From contig NC_043002.1 of NCBI RefSeq assembly GCF_006345805.1, positions 36,270,001 through 36,334,000 on the forward strand: a stretch of 64,000 bases of DNA, in the 5' to 3' direction. The DNA is from Octopus sinensis (Eukaryota). A model generated the notes under the pieces. The model was given only the letters and a program-made list of their open reading frames with translations. It had not been told where the DNA came from and made no database searches. Shown in pieces: positions 1 to 13,000 of this stretch. The position numbers were made by a program, and so were the translations under genes. Numbering within the stretch: position 1 is the first letter of the stretch; each line of letters begins with the position of its first letter.

Positions 1-2659
1 TAATATTAGGTAAATGAAAACACGTTTGGCAGTAGGCCATACGAAATTTGTTATGATACAGTCATTTGTTTTAATTATACACTATATCTAACTCGCTATC
101 ATAAAGATAGTGTTTTGATGACACAGGCTATGTTATATTTAGGTCAGTCATTGGCAAACTGCAGGACTTTCTAAATGGCATGTCTAATGCTTTTTAGTAG
201 TGCACCCTATCTGATGATGAGGAAGGTCTTGTGCAACCCACTTTCTGAAAAAAAGGTTACCCATACCTGATTTTGGCTAATAAAAACAGAAAAAACTGAA
301 AAATATTAATCTGAACTCAGTATCCTATCCTAAATCAAAATATTTTCACTGTGAACCCAGGAGCAGTATAGCTAGAGTGTACAATGTTCAAGGGGCTGTC
401 ACCTATGTGTGCAGCTGGGGGAGCTTCTATGCAGGCACTGAACCTTCCCTCCATTCACACCTTACCACCTTAAATCAAAGATATACATCAAGATACCTTA
501 GCATCTTAAATCATAAGATATACATAAAGACTGTTCAAAAGCAAGAATGCTTTTCATCACAGGTCTCCTCAATCAGAGTTGAATCTAAGGATTTCTGTGT
601 ACAAAGTAGATAATAAAGTCTGAATGAATACAAAGTCAAACTTTGCACTGACTATAGAAAAGAAAACATGATGATGCTAGAGAAATGAAATATGATCTGT
701 TGAATGTGATATATTAACTTGTATGAAAAGAAGTATAAAGTTGCTGGGTTTCGAGTGATATATGCTGTTGAGACAACTTCCTTGGTAATGATGTGTTGCA
801 AATGAGTGATGAAAAAGTATTGTATGTTCACAGTTTCAATTTCAATTCAGTTTATTTTCACATGTAGTCCCAAAAATAACAAATTACATTAAAATAAGTC
901 ATATAAAGTAATATAGTGTAATGCTTGGAGTTGTCATTAGATACAACAAACATAATAATAAAAATATATTTTGTTTAGATTGTTAACATGTATTGAATGT
1001 GTGATAGTGAAGGTAGTATCATTTCCAGTGACTTATTTCCTGAACAAAAATACAATAGATAAGGTAATTCAGCGAAAGTATTTTGTTTATTAATAGGATT
1101 TTTTACATTTATCACAAATCATTTTGTTTCATAAAAGAAGTTACATTTCTTTTAGCCAACTCAATACAAAATTTATTAAGAATTAAAGTTTAATAAAATA
1201 ACAGGTATTTGTAGTAATGAAAAAAATGAGAAGTGGTGAAACCAAAATCTCAAGATACTGGACCCTCACTGATGAAATGAAAAAGGATTGTGATGAACGA
1301 TAATATATTGTGTGACAAACCTGTCCAAACCATGCCAGCATGGAAAAATGGACATTGTAATAATAACCATGCAACAGTGATTTATATAAAATTTTTCCGA
1401 AGCATATAAATTTCTTTTGACATATCAATTTTTTGCATAAGAGGATACATTTATATGAATTAACAACAGTATTCACTAGCACATATTTTTTCATTGTAGA
1501 GTCTATGTATTATATCATAAATATATATATATATACACACACATATATATATTTATTAATTTTTTGGTAGTGTCTTTAACAATACAAATACAACCAACAA
1601 AGTAATATATGAATGAAACTGTAATTGCTATGTAGTTGAGTAGAAAAGTAGCCAAAATATCTTGGCTTGATGACAGGATAAAGCTCCTTCCTAAGTCATG
1701 GGGACATATAGGGTCATTTTCCCAGTTTCTATAGCATATATATTCTGCACTGGATGAGACGCTGGTCTGTCGTAGAAATACTTATTTTGCCAGCTGAGTG
1801 GACTGGAGCAACATGAAATTAAATGATTTGCTCAAGAACACAACATATCACCTGGTCCAGGAATCAAAACCATAATCTTATCCTAACCATTGAGCCACAT
1901 GCTTCCACCTAAAACTTAATGTAGTTAATCAAATTAAATCCACTACAAAAGAAAACTGCCTAAGTCGAAGAGAATTCCATCAGTAATATGAAAGTGCAAT
2001 AAGTTTTTTAGTCTCAAGTCAGTCCTGCCCAAGCTAAACTGTGATTAAAGGTATTCCAGGGAAGACCACCCCATCTTATTTCTTTTTCATAATTAATATT
2101 TCTAAGTCTATATTCTTCAAAATGGACTTTTTTTCTTTTTGAACTAGTGTTGTTTGTGAAAGATTCAGCTGCTATTTCAAGTATGTAATGTACTTTGCTG
2201 AAACACCAGCAGTTTATAAGCTAGCTGTTAGAACAAATTAGGTCCTATTTTCAGACCATAAAACTGAAACTAGAATAGCAAATTGATGTTACATGTCTAT
2301 AACAGAATATATACAAAAGATTTTGAGTGTTAATCTAATTTAATAAGCAGACAAGTAAGAAACCAGCTTTTTAAAAAAATGTTTGAAAAATTACTGAAAT
2401 CATAAATGCCTTATTTAATGATACAACATAACACCCTAGTAAATGAGCTAAAGGTGGTACTGCTAGACATAGCAGCCAAGATTTCATGAAATCACATTTT
2501 ATTCTACCATCTTTGAAAAGGACACATTGGATTGGCTGAGAAAAAGATAGAGAAGCTTTGAAAATAAATCTGCTGGAATGTCTTTGACCATAAGTTTGTG
2601 CAATCAAGGTTTAACAAGTAAATGACAAAAAAAAAAACCCCAAAAAGTTATATTTGTGA

Positions 2660-3700
2660 TAGATCATGTGGGTTAGCAGAGATGTTAAAGAACCAGGTTA
2701 GATATTCCGGAGCATTTTGATTCTTAATTCTGCATCCACACCCTTCTAAAGCCTATAAAATACCACTTCATTCTACTGACTCTTGTGATTAAGCAAAAGG
2801 AATCATTATGTAGAAATGAAATGAAACATTTTGTTGCTGAAATTTCTACTTTATAGACTACCAAAAGAACTGAAAGACTATTTGAAGTTGGAATACCAGA
2901 CCTTACAAATTTAATTTTGCAAAGGTTAGCAAAGTATCTCAGGTGAAAGATCTGGGCAATTAATAGGACAAATAAACACCATTTGAAAATCATTCTTGTA
3001 AAATTAGAAGAAAACTTCCTATTCTCTCCAAAGTATTCTCTTTCATTTTTAAATAAAGTAATGACATGAACAACAATGTATGCCTCTGGAGAGTAGGAAA
3101 TTGATGAGATAAATCTTTTATTGTTTAGTCCATGGAAGAGACACTTGCAGCTATTCCCCCAACGAAGGTTTTTAGTGTGTAACTCTAGATTGATGATTGT
3201 AAATTAGCTTAGATTTTTGAAGTTCTAGCCTGTTGTAATATTAACAGTAAGTAGCTCAACTGGAAATACTTTAGAGAACAAATGAGGGTTGGAGAAATAA
3301 CATCCAGTCAGAATCAAAGTTTAACTGAACTTCTGTAAAAATCTCAATTGGGACAGATTCTATTCATCATACCTCTGATATTTATGACATGGATGTAAAG
3401 AAGTTATTCAGCATAAATGAGTGCAGGGTTGAAATCTGATACATCAAGAGTTATTTGCTAGTCCAGACATCGTCTCAGAATCAACCTTGGGGAGGATAAG
3501 CTTTGGGTGTCCTTACAAATCCATGGTCAAAGCCCTACTGAGGACAGCAGTACTATGACTGCTAATGAACTATGGACACTGATGATCGAATGTGATGTAT
3601 TTGAAGCAAAAGTTATAGTCAAACTATTGCCAATCTCTCAAACTTACTAGGGTTCCAGTGGTTCAACCAACTGGAAAGAGCAACCAATTCTTCCTTACAT
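2660..3700 (-). mobile_element. Highly decayed LINE remnant (APE endonuclease and linker, CR1/Jockey-like)
   Basis: Minus-strand fragments NIRG, TEVQL, LRYFA and PWF in the expected order, broken by stops and frameshifts. Confidence 0.4.
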
Positions 3701-4076
3701 CATACTGTTATAAAAAAAAAGTATGGTGACATTACCTAATGTGGTCCTAGGTGCATTATACTTAGGAAAAGACTGTTTAATCTAAAATTAAACAACAAGT
3801 GCAAACAGTAACAGAACAGCCTCTATGTGTGTCACATGCTATCTAAGATGATAAATATTGATGTGGATTCACAACAAACAGCCTTCTGGAATCTCAGAGC
3901 TTCCCAGAATTAAAAATTCAAACTCCTTCAGAAAAGATCAACCAGATGCTAAAACAAGAGTGACATTACTTTTCAAATTCGCAATATATATATAATACAC
4001 ACACACATGTATATCAGCAAATAAAATAAAAACTTAATGAATATGGCTACTAATATTAGATCATTGGTAATGAATA

Positions 4077-5387
4077 CTATGAAGGAGATACTGGAATGCA
4101 TGCAAATTCTTTGAACTGAGATGCAACTTGATTAATTTGTTTCTGATAACTTTCTTGTTTGAGTACAATTTTCTCATCAAGGTCATAAATCAAATTCTCT
4201 AAGAGTTTTATTTGATCATTTATGAGACCAACACCTTCATCTAAATGTTTCTTCGTGAATTGTTTTGAACCACTAGCCTGATTTCCAGCATCTATGGAAT
4301 GAGGTGATGCATAAAAATAGCAATGTTGTTGAGGTTGTAGTGTGCGCGATCTGTAGAGAATACTGTGTTTTTTATGAAACTGATCAATTTCTAAGTCAAG
4401 CTCTTTGGCTAATTCATTAAGGTCTCTTTCACACAGTTGTAATTTCTTTTCTATCCAAAGTCTATCTAAATCACAGATTATATCATTGTAAGGAAGGAGG
4501 GCTTTTTCAAGGTTCGTCTTTGCTTCAACAAGAAATTGGCAATCTTTAGAAGTGAGGCTCATTGAAGACTTCGGGTCTGCCCTTTCCTCCGGGACCGATT
4601 GCATTTTTAAAGCCAAGACAGTCTTCATCCAATTCCAAAAAATATCTTCTTGTTCCCTCCATAGTAGAAGGTCCTGAAGCGTAGCATTATCGCTTTCTAA
4701 CTTTTTAAGTAATTTTTCAGGTTCAGATCGCAACATTTTGGCTTCTTGCATGGTCAAATGGTTCATATTAGATTGCACACACTGCATCTGTGTTTCTTTA
4801 TGGAGATGGTGAACAGACGAATTACACTCTTGTTGTAATGCATGAACAAGTCTGGATGTCATTCTGATCTTGTTATTTATCATGACAAGATATTTTAACT
4901 GATCAGTTACTCTGTCGTTAGACACCTGTTTATCATTAATATCAGGTTTAACATCAATGTTAATTTGGTCAGTAGTCTCGATGAAGTGTTTTTCCAGAAG
5001 TATAGACATGAAATCTATTTTACTGATAAACCAAGAAAGAGCTAACAACAGTTCTCTACTTCCCGAAGACAGGTCTTCGGGGATACTGAAGAGATCGCAT
5101 GATTTATAGCCAAGTTTAAATAATTCCCGCTGAACGAAATCTAGATACGTACAGTCTGGTATACGTTCCAAAGATTTGGTAGAATCGATTGCTAATTCAC
5201 AATTGCAACAAGGCTGGTGGGGCATTCCAAATTTATAAATGTGTATTACATCACACAGCAAACATAACATTGGTACCACTGCTTCAGGTTTGTTGAATTT
5301 TGAAAGACGAAAGTTTTCTGCTTGAATTTTTGACGTACCATGACAAGATAGAATTTTCGTCAACAAACGAATCACTTTCTTTTCCAT
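4077..5387 (-). CDS. TEDC1: Tubulin epsilon and delta complex protein 1 (C14orf80/DUF4509 family), single-exon CDS, 436 aa
   Basis: Uninterrupted ORF. First ATG at 5387 (MEKKVIRLL); the track's 5402 start is a TTG. Motifs FRLSKFNKPEA, LGY, PEDLSSGSRELLLALSWF, HLTMQEAKML and LESDNATLQDLLLWREQEDIFWNWMKTVL align by eye to human TEDC1 (FRRAKFDRPEA, PEDGSQGSRELLLALSWL, HLSVTEAEML, LERENQRLEAVLAWRRSELVFWRWMDTVL). Confidence 0.9.
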   Translation of the reverse strand: MEKKVIRLLTKILSCHGTSKIQAENFRLSKFNKPEAVVPMLCLLCDVIHIYKFGMPHQPCCNCELAIDSTKSLERIPDCTYLDFVQRELFKLGYKSCDLFSIPEDLSSGSRELLLALSWFISKIDFMSILLEKHFIETTDQINIDVKPDINDKQVSNDRVTDQLKYLVMINNKIRMTSRLVHALQQECNSSVHHLHKETQMQCVQSNMNHLTMQEAKMLRSEPEKLLKKLESDNATLQDLLLWREQEDIFWNWMKTVLALKMQSVPEERADPKSSMSLTSKDCQFLVEAKTNLEKALLPYNDIICDLDRLWIEKKLQLCERDLNELAKELDLEIDQFHKKHSILYRSRTLQPQQHCYFYASPHSIDAGNQASGSKQFTKKHLDEGVGLINDQIKLLENLIYDLDEKIVLKQESYQKQINQVASQFKEFACIPVSPS

Positions 5388-5449
5388 ATTAACAGAAAAC
5401 AATCACAATCGATTAAGACAAATGTATCCTTACATTGCATGACATAAAA

Positions 5450-5640
5450 ATCAATAAATAAAAAGTACAGTTCAAAGATTCGCCCGAGTGACAATAGACA
5501 TGACAATCAGACAGGTTGTTTTCCTGTCAAGTAAGTTCAAACTGTATCAGCTCCTGAGCGGAAGTTACTTCGCCGATTGACTTGCGCCTGCTCAATAAAT
5601 GCTAAGAGGAAGTGAACGTCGGAGTTTCTGGAGAAGGTGA
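5450..5640. promoter_or_regulatory. Probable bidirectional promoter shared by TEDC1 (-) and STRAD (+), with a putative STRAD non-coding exon 1 ending at 5636
   Basis: CpG-retaining segment with ETS-type GCGGAAGT (5558-5565), inverted ACTTCGCC (5567-5574), AGGAAGTG (5607-5614), NRF1-like TGCGCCTGCTCA (5583-5594) and a candidate donor AAG|GTGAAG at 5637. The link to STRAD is inferred. Confidence 0.5.
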
Positions 5641-7699
5641 AGTCTTTTATTTCTTCTGCTCTTCATAATTTGTTTTGTTGTTTTACTTGCAATTTGTATA
5701 TGGATGTATGCAACATTAGTTTAACGGGCTTAGCATTGGATACATCCTATGCATGTGAAACTGTGGGGTCTTGTGCAAGTTGTTGCTATTCTGCCTCATA
5801 ACGTGCTCTGTTTTGTTGATAGTAAAAGCCAGTTCTGTCCATGCGTTTGTTGCTTATAATTCCGTACCAGACAACAACGCCTTTAATAACAATAATAAAG
5901 ACAAACAAACATATGTATTCATCACTAAATATTATGATATTAATAGTTAGTTAATATGTAAGTACTGTTTTTTGATAAAACTATTTATATAACAAAATGT
6001 ATTTTGAGACGGTGGTCAATATCGTTTGTTTTACCGACGCTACTATGTTGTCAAACACAACCTTTATTTATCTGACGATTTACTTGATTAAAAGTGTATA
6101 AAACTGATTTTTACGCAGTTTAGAATATTTCAAACCTATCAGCTAGTTTGCATCAATTTAAGAAAACTTCCTAAATTAACAAAATTTACATAATGATGAA
6201 TATTTCATCATTTTTATAACATTCGTTTTGATACTTAAATTTATATCCATTTTTTGCCTTGTTTTGTTTCGTATATAGACTTCGTCGCTTCAAATTAGAA
6301 ATTACGCTTTCTTCAGGATAAAAATATTTAAATGAAGAAAACGTTTTAATCGTGGCATCAAAACGTTTCTAATAATTATGACGATTATTAATAATAATAA
6401 TTATTCTTAGACTGCAAAGCTCTAGTTTTGCCTGTTAGAAGTAACGAATGGAAATAACCATCCGAATGCAGCACTAATCATTAATATTAATGAACCAAGA
6501 GGCTATATACATGCAAAACGCTTGTTTGAAGGTGAAGCAAAAGATTAAAGAAAAAAAAAAACTGAGTAAATGGTTCTTATTGACTTTGTTACAACGTCGG
6601 GGACCAATGTTGATGTCAATCCTAGTTCTGTATGTAAACACATTAAAGCTAATTTCTAATTTTGTATTCGAAGGGTCATTTTCGTTCGTTTGTTGCGTCA
6701 GAAGTTAACATATCCAACTATAGCTATGCTTAATTCGATAATATATAAATTTCTGGAGAGGATATTTACTTTTGAAATAGAAAATATGTATATTTTAATA
6801 TGATCTCATTATTTCTATCATTTTAAAATTATTTCTGTCATGTATTTTAAATTGTCAATATATATAATATCACATTGCAACAAGAAGCCGACAGTTTATT
6901 CAAATAATTTTCAATTTGAAGTGAGTATTTTTTGTAACCATCCGAACTCAGAAAAATTTTTAATTTGAGGTTAGATTAAAGAAAGAGTATTGTCAATATC
7001 CGAAAGGAATAAGGAATCTGTAGAGTTTAGTTTGATTAAGTACTACAATAACAGTAAAAGTTTTCACCTAGGCCTTGGAATAAACAATTCAATCAAGCTG
7101 AACTGTTGTCATTGCAATGACATTGGTTCAGCAAGGGATCCAAGTATCAGAGGATTTCTGAAAGTCTATAATTAATTTATTTCCTGTGCTTTGACCAGGA
7201 TTGAAATCATTTCTAATAATTGCTATGTAGATTCATATTTAAACCTAATGAATTAACACTTATTCAAGAGTGAAAAAGTGTCTTGTGAGTAATTCATTGT
7301 CTCATACAAAATCCCTGCTACATTTGAAAGAATATATAGTGGTTTAAATTTTATCTCGTGAATATAAAAACTCTGTTTTGGGTAGAGAGAGAAAAGAAAT
7401 GCTAATTGTTGTTGAAGGATAACTTTATTGGAATTAATGGGAGAGATGAGGAAGAGATAGAAACTGTTATGTTTCTCTTAGATTTACTTTTTAATAAATA
7501 AAGTGGTTTAGCAAACTCATCTGGTGTAAGGTGGAAATTAGTTTTATGCTTGATTTCCATACATCTTTTCTTTATGTTTATTTTGTCTTTTGGAATAATG
7601 CTATACTGATAATTGATGAGTTCAAAATATTGGAGAAATATATACTGGAATAGATTCTGAGTGGAAAGCTTGGGCATATTGTTTATTTAATGCAAAACT

Positions 7700-7945
7700 G
7701 AAGATAGAATGCATAGTTTAGATTATGAGAAATTACTCCCAAATTACATTCCTCAATTAGCTTCTGTTGTTGTTCAACTCTTTAATCTGTCTCTCTTTCC
7801 CAATAGGGACATATCCTATTCTCTGGAAACACACTACAGTGTGTCTCATTCCCTATTGCGGTCACTTTCAACATCTCGAATGTTAAGGAGGCCATTAACA
7901 ACAATCTTCTTCAACACTTGAAATCTCTCACACCTTCCCTAATTA
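7700..7945 (+). mobile_element. Decayed LINE reverse-transcriptase N-terminal fragment
   Basis: PQLASVVVQLFNLSL ... PIAVTFNISNVKEAINNNLLQHLKS resembles the PELA..LF.LSL / RPI..S.ISKVME..IN..L..HLE pattern. Confidence 0.4.
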
Positions 7946-7953
7946 CCACTAGT

Positions 7954-10050
7954 ATCATCATCATCATTTAACGTCCGCTTTCCATGCTGGTATGGGTTGG
8001 ATGGTTTGACTGAGGACTGGTGAGTTTGATCTGGCAAAGTTTCTACAGCTGGATACCCTTCCTAATGCCAACCACTCCGAGAGTGTAGTGGGTGCTTTTT
8101 ACATGCCACTGGCATGGGGGCCAGTCAGGCAGTTCTGGAAACGACCACGCTCAAAAGGTATTTTTATGTGCTACCTGTACAGGAGCCAGTCCAGTGCCAC
8201 TGGCACATATGTCGGTAAGGCAACGCTGGCAACAATCACACTCGAATGGTGCTTTTCATGTATCACAGGCATGGGAGCCTGGCCCTGGCAACGATCACAC
8301 TCTGATATGCTTCTTTTAACGTTCTACTGGCATGAGTGCCAATCAGGTGGTACTGTCATTGGTCACGTCAGCGATTTTGATTTGTTTTCACTTGCCTCAA
8401 TAGGTCTTCACAAGCTAAGTTCATTATCCAATGAATGAGGAGTACTCATAAGTGGGCTGGTTACACCCCACGTTCGGATGTGCTTTTAATGTTCCACTGG
8501 CATGAGTGCCAATCAGGCAGTACCGTCATTGGCCACGTCAGCAATTTTGATTTCACTTGCCTCAATAGGTCTTCACAAGCAAGGTTTATTATCCAATGAA
8601 TGAGGGGTATTCATAAATGGGCTGGTTACACCCACTGGCATAGGCCATGGGCTATGGCCTCACTTGGCTTGTTGGTTCTTCTCAAGCACAGCATATCTCC
8701 AAAGGTCCCGGTTACTAGCCATTGCCTCGGTAAGGCCCAATGTTCGAAGGTCGTGCTTCACCACCTCATCCCAGGTTTTCCTGGGTCTGCCTCTTCCACA
8801 GGTTCCCTCAACTGCTAGGGTGTGACACTTTTTCAGAGCTGTCCTCATTCATTCACACACATGATCATACCAGCGCAGTCGTCTCTCTTGCACACCACAT
8901 CTGATGCTTCTTAAATCCAACTTTTCTCTCAGGGTACTTACACTCTGTCGTGTATGCACACTCACATTACACATCCAACGGAGCATACTGGCTTCATTCC
9001 TTGCAAGCTTACGCATGTCCTCAGCAGTCACGGCCCATGTTTCACTGCCATGTAGCATGGCTGTTAGCACACATGTGTCATACACTCTACTTTTTACTCT
9101 GAGTGAGAGGCCCTTTCTCACCAGCAGCGCTAAGAGCTCTCTGGACTTTGTCCAGGCTATTCTTACTCTAGCAGCTTCCCTTTGATATTGCTACACCTCT
9201 TATGTGTCCATAGCTTATACTGGTTACATCTTATGGAGTTTCTACCTATGCCTTTTCTACAGATTGAGCAGGATTTGTGATTTGTCTGCCTTCCTACTTA
9301 TTAAGACTTTGGTTTTAGCTAGGTTGACTCTAAGGCCCTTCGATTCTAATCCTTGCTTCCACACATGAAACTTTCCCTCTAGTTCTGATAGTGACTCAGC
9401 AATTAGAGCAAGATCATCTGCATAGAGGGGCTCCAGGAGCATCCTGTTTTGAATTCCTCTGTTATTGCTTGCAGGACTATAATGAATAAGAGGGAGCTGA
9501 GGACTGATCCTTGGTGGACCCCTACCCCTACTCAGAATTCTTGAATGTACTTGTTGCCAACCCTCACCTTACTGACACCATCCCTGTACATGGCTTGCAT
9601 AGCTCTCACTAACTATTTATCTATCCCTAGTTTCCTCATTGACCACCAGATAAGGGATTGGGGGACACTGTCAAAGGCTTTCTCTATGCCAACAAAAGCC
9701 AGGTACAGAGGTTTATTTTTGGCTGGGTATTTCTCCTGCAGCTGTCTTACCAGACATATAGCATCAGTGGTGCTTTTCCCTGGCACGAACCCAAACTGCA
9801 TCTCATTTAGACTGACTTTCTCTCTAATTATTTGGGCTATGTTCCTCTCCATGACCTTCATTATCTGATCCAATAACTAGATACCTCCATAATTATTTGT
9901 ATCTAAAGTGTCAACTTTGCCTTTGTAGCAATTGACTATGGTGCTGCTACACCAGTCATTGGGTATGACTCCTTCATGTATCACCTGGTTAACTATACAG
10001 GTGACTAGGCTATAGCTGACACCACCAGATATTTTGAGCATGGCTTTTGT
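7954..10050 (-). mobile_element. RTE-clade non-LTR retrotransposon, 5'-truncated and frameshifted, with 3' UTR and (GAT)n tail
   Basis: Minus-strand pieces IPNDWCSSTIVNCYKGK, QFGFVPGKSTTDA, AFVGIEKAFDSVP, LYADDLAL, LRVNLAKTKV, MLHGSETW, RRLRWYDHV and GRGRPRKTW, followed by a repeat-containing 3' UTR and (ATC)n at 7954-7967. Confidence 0.88.
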
Positions 10051-13000
10051 AAAGCCAAATTTACTCAAGTCCTACAGCAGTGGGCCATTACCTTTGAGAA
10101 ATTAGATGAAAACAGTAGTTGTACTTGATATCAGCAAAATCGTTTGTGTCTGGTATATGAATCTGCTAGTAAAACTGCCTGCTTATATTAGTACATCTGA
10201 CTATCATCTCTTGGATTGGTGGCTTGCTTCCTGTCAGATCACAGCATGTCCTAGTAAAGTTTTGTCTGATTCACATTCTACCAGCTCTGTTATACCCCAA
10301 GGTAGTTTTGTCCTCCCACATTCTTCCTCCAACTCATGAATAGTCTATTTGCTGTCAATCCATTAGTGCATATTCTTGTGCATATCATACCACCCTTCAT
10401 TCTTCTTTAATCTTCCTCATTCAAGTGTCAAACCTACACTAACTCTTTGAATAGAGAACTTAGAAACACTGTACTGTGATATCATGCCAATCTTGTCTCC
10501 ATCAATACAAAGACTTCTCCATATTGTGTTCCCATCCTACACTAACTAACAAGCCTAGTCTTTCTTTCTCACAACATCAGCCTGTTGAAATATCTTTCCT
10601 ACCAATTTTTTTCTTGCAAACTTACAATTATTTAAGTGGAACATTAATCATGTCAGCAAGGCCAATTCAATAAAAGTAAAAGCATTTTGTATAAGATAGA
10701 AAAAACTCTTTACTATAATAGAACATCTTTAATGAACAAGGATTCATTAATAAAATAAAGAAGTTTTCTCTGAGCATTGTCCAGTCTGCAGGAATGAAAA
10801 GCAATGAATGTGTCAGTTTGGACTTTGTAGTGAATGAATTGTTTGGTTTGTTTTGACTCTAAATTGGAACCTACATTCTTAATAGTAGGTTGGCTAATGT
10901 GGTCTTCTGAAAAGACTATTACTGACAATATAGTAGGAATTGGATTTTGATTTATATGCTTCAGATAATTTTAATTCTAGACAACTTCACATCATGTGAG
11001 TCAAGACATTTCTATGTTCTATAAGTAAGAGTAAGATAATATTTATAGTGTTTACATACATCTGTTTTATCTGTGTAGAGTCATTTTTTTTTTATTGAGG
11101 TTTATCCATGTAATGTATGTGTAGAGTGGATTCGATTACATAGTCCTTAGATACATCTGTCATTTGAGGGGTGTGTAAGATTGAATATCTTCTAGAATAT
11201 GGTTACCTGTTTTGTTACAAAAAAAATGACAGTATTAATACATCAATAGAAGTGATTGTAGATCAGGATATTTTTCTTATTGTTCATTTGTCTGGAGAGA
11301 AAAGACAATGTAATTTTTTTTTGTTGTACCTTCCATGACATGGATTAATTTCATTTAACAAATAAAGCGCAATAGATCATGATCATGGCTGTCAGGCACA
11401 GGTCGACAGGCCACAATTGTGGCCCAGATAGATGCATTTAATTTATGGGCATTTGTTGGGGCCTCATGTCACTCAGACACTCCAATACCCGCAGAATGCA
11501 AGAGGACTAATAGTTCAACTAATGACTTTTCAAATGATGTAAAACTTGCCACCATTATATACTAAGAAGATATTTTAGCTTTTTTTGTTTTGTTTTTTGT
11601 GTGTGCTTTGTAGTCTCATTTTCATAAAATGTGCTCAGCAGTCTAGCACTTTATGGGTTAATGCAAAAATAAAATCATGTTTAAGAGTCAGGAATTAAAA
11701 AAAAAAATTTTTATCCTCTTATTGTAGAGAATTTCCTTCATTCAGAATCTTTCTATTTCATGAAGTTTTAATATGGCAGGGAATGTCCTAATTTTAAAAA
11801 AATATTTAAGACATTTATAATCTATGTTTGTAACAATATATTAAGATACAAAAATCATAATTACCTACAATTTTTTTTTCAAGGAATATAGAAACCCCTT
11901 ATATTTCTACAGTTTTAAATTTGTGTCCCATTTCTATAAAATATTTTCCATTGTTGGAGTTAAGTGCAAAGTCTTCAACATGAGATTCTTTTATTATTCC
12001 ATGTTCTGTGGAATTTGTGTTAAGATGTAGTAGTAAGGCTCCCACCTACTTACCTTAATCTTATTTGGCAGCTATGGCTGGCTGACAAGGATGTTTGAAC
12101 ATGTGTCATGCTACATTTGTTCTACTCATTAACTCTTAATTTCTTGTAAGGCAGTCCTGAAATGCACAATATCAAAAGAATTATACTAACGTTATTTACA
12201 TTCATTTTGAAGCTGGTGAGGAATCCTCAAATGTAAGGGAGAAAACTGTAATCCCTTTTGCTCTCATTCAGTTTTGTAACAGAATTGTTATCAGGCTGGC
12301 TTTTAACTAAAAATTTTCGACAGGTTGAGTTAAAAAGGCATTAAACTTATGCTAGTAATCCTAAATTTGTAGAACCGTCATAACTCTGAAAAAAATAGTG
12401 AAGACCAATTTCTGTAGAATTTTAGGCAATACTATCTTATTTGCTTTTTATTTATTACAAGAATAGCTTAGTTGGTGAATTAAAACTCAAGCTTGTGATG
12501 CTCGTAAACTGAAATTTAGTAAAAAAAAAAAAATATTGAATTTAGTCACACTTTCAAAAATTGCAAGCAAGCTGGAAAAATTTTCTATAGGAATGGTTTC
12601 ACTATTTAATTAAACATGACTTTTGTTGATTTGGTGGAAGCAGTCTGATGTATTTTTGTCAAGTATTAGAAAACTATTGAATGTATACTGTGAGGACTTG
12701 ATTGGAGTAGTTTCATCTATTAGATATATATCCCTTTAAGTTACTTTTAGAATGAGATAATTGCTTTTCACCATTTTTTGGTCCATATGATGTACTTGCA
12801 AATATAATTTATTCCTTAAAACAGCACAGCTTTAAATGTTATGTTCTTAATTTTTATAGGCATAGATTTAGTGCAAATTATTTTTATGAAAATATTTGGA
12901 GGGATATGTGAAGATATACTTTAAATGGGAAATTTGTTAATTGTTTTGAAGAGTAATATAGAAGAATAATGAAATAAAGTTTTTGCATATTTGAAGATTT

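Noticed and set aside
200-260. CTGATGA...GAAA spacing at 211-250 (also CTGATGA at 1269, 3579, 17275, 53105, 59476, 63425)
   Set aside because: No correctly placed stems II/III or NUH site could be folded; consistent with chance hits.
2455-2620. Integrase-like GHIG peptide on + strand
   Set aside because: Multiple stops, and the DNA matches the SINE core also seen at about 34700-34880 and 52550-52700.
5388-5402. Track start codons TTG 5402 (TEDC1) and GTG 49223 (MPST)
   Set aside because: Bacterial-style alternative starts; eukaryotic ATGs are at 5387 and 49190, and 49223 lies upstream of a splice acceptor.
5700-5800. GGATGTAT...ATACATCC hairpin as a possible H/ACA snoRNA
   Set aside because: Only an 8-bp stem, with no convincing H box or terminal ACA box.
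11409-11424. Perfect 16-bp palindrome GGCCACAATTGTGGCC
   Set aside because: Isolated, does not extend, and has no supporting context.
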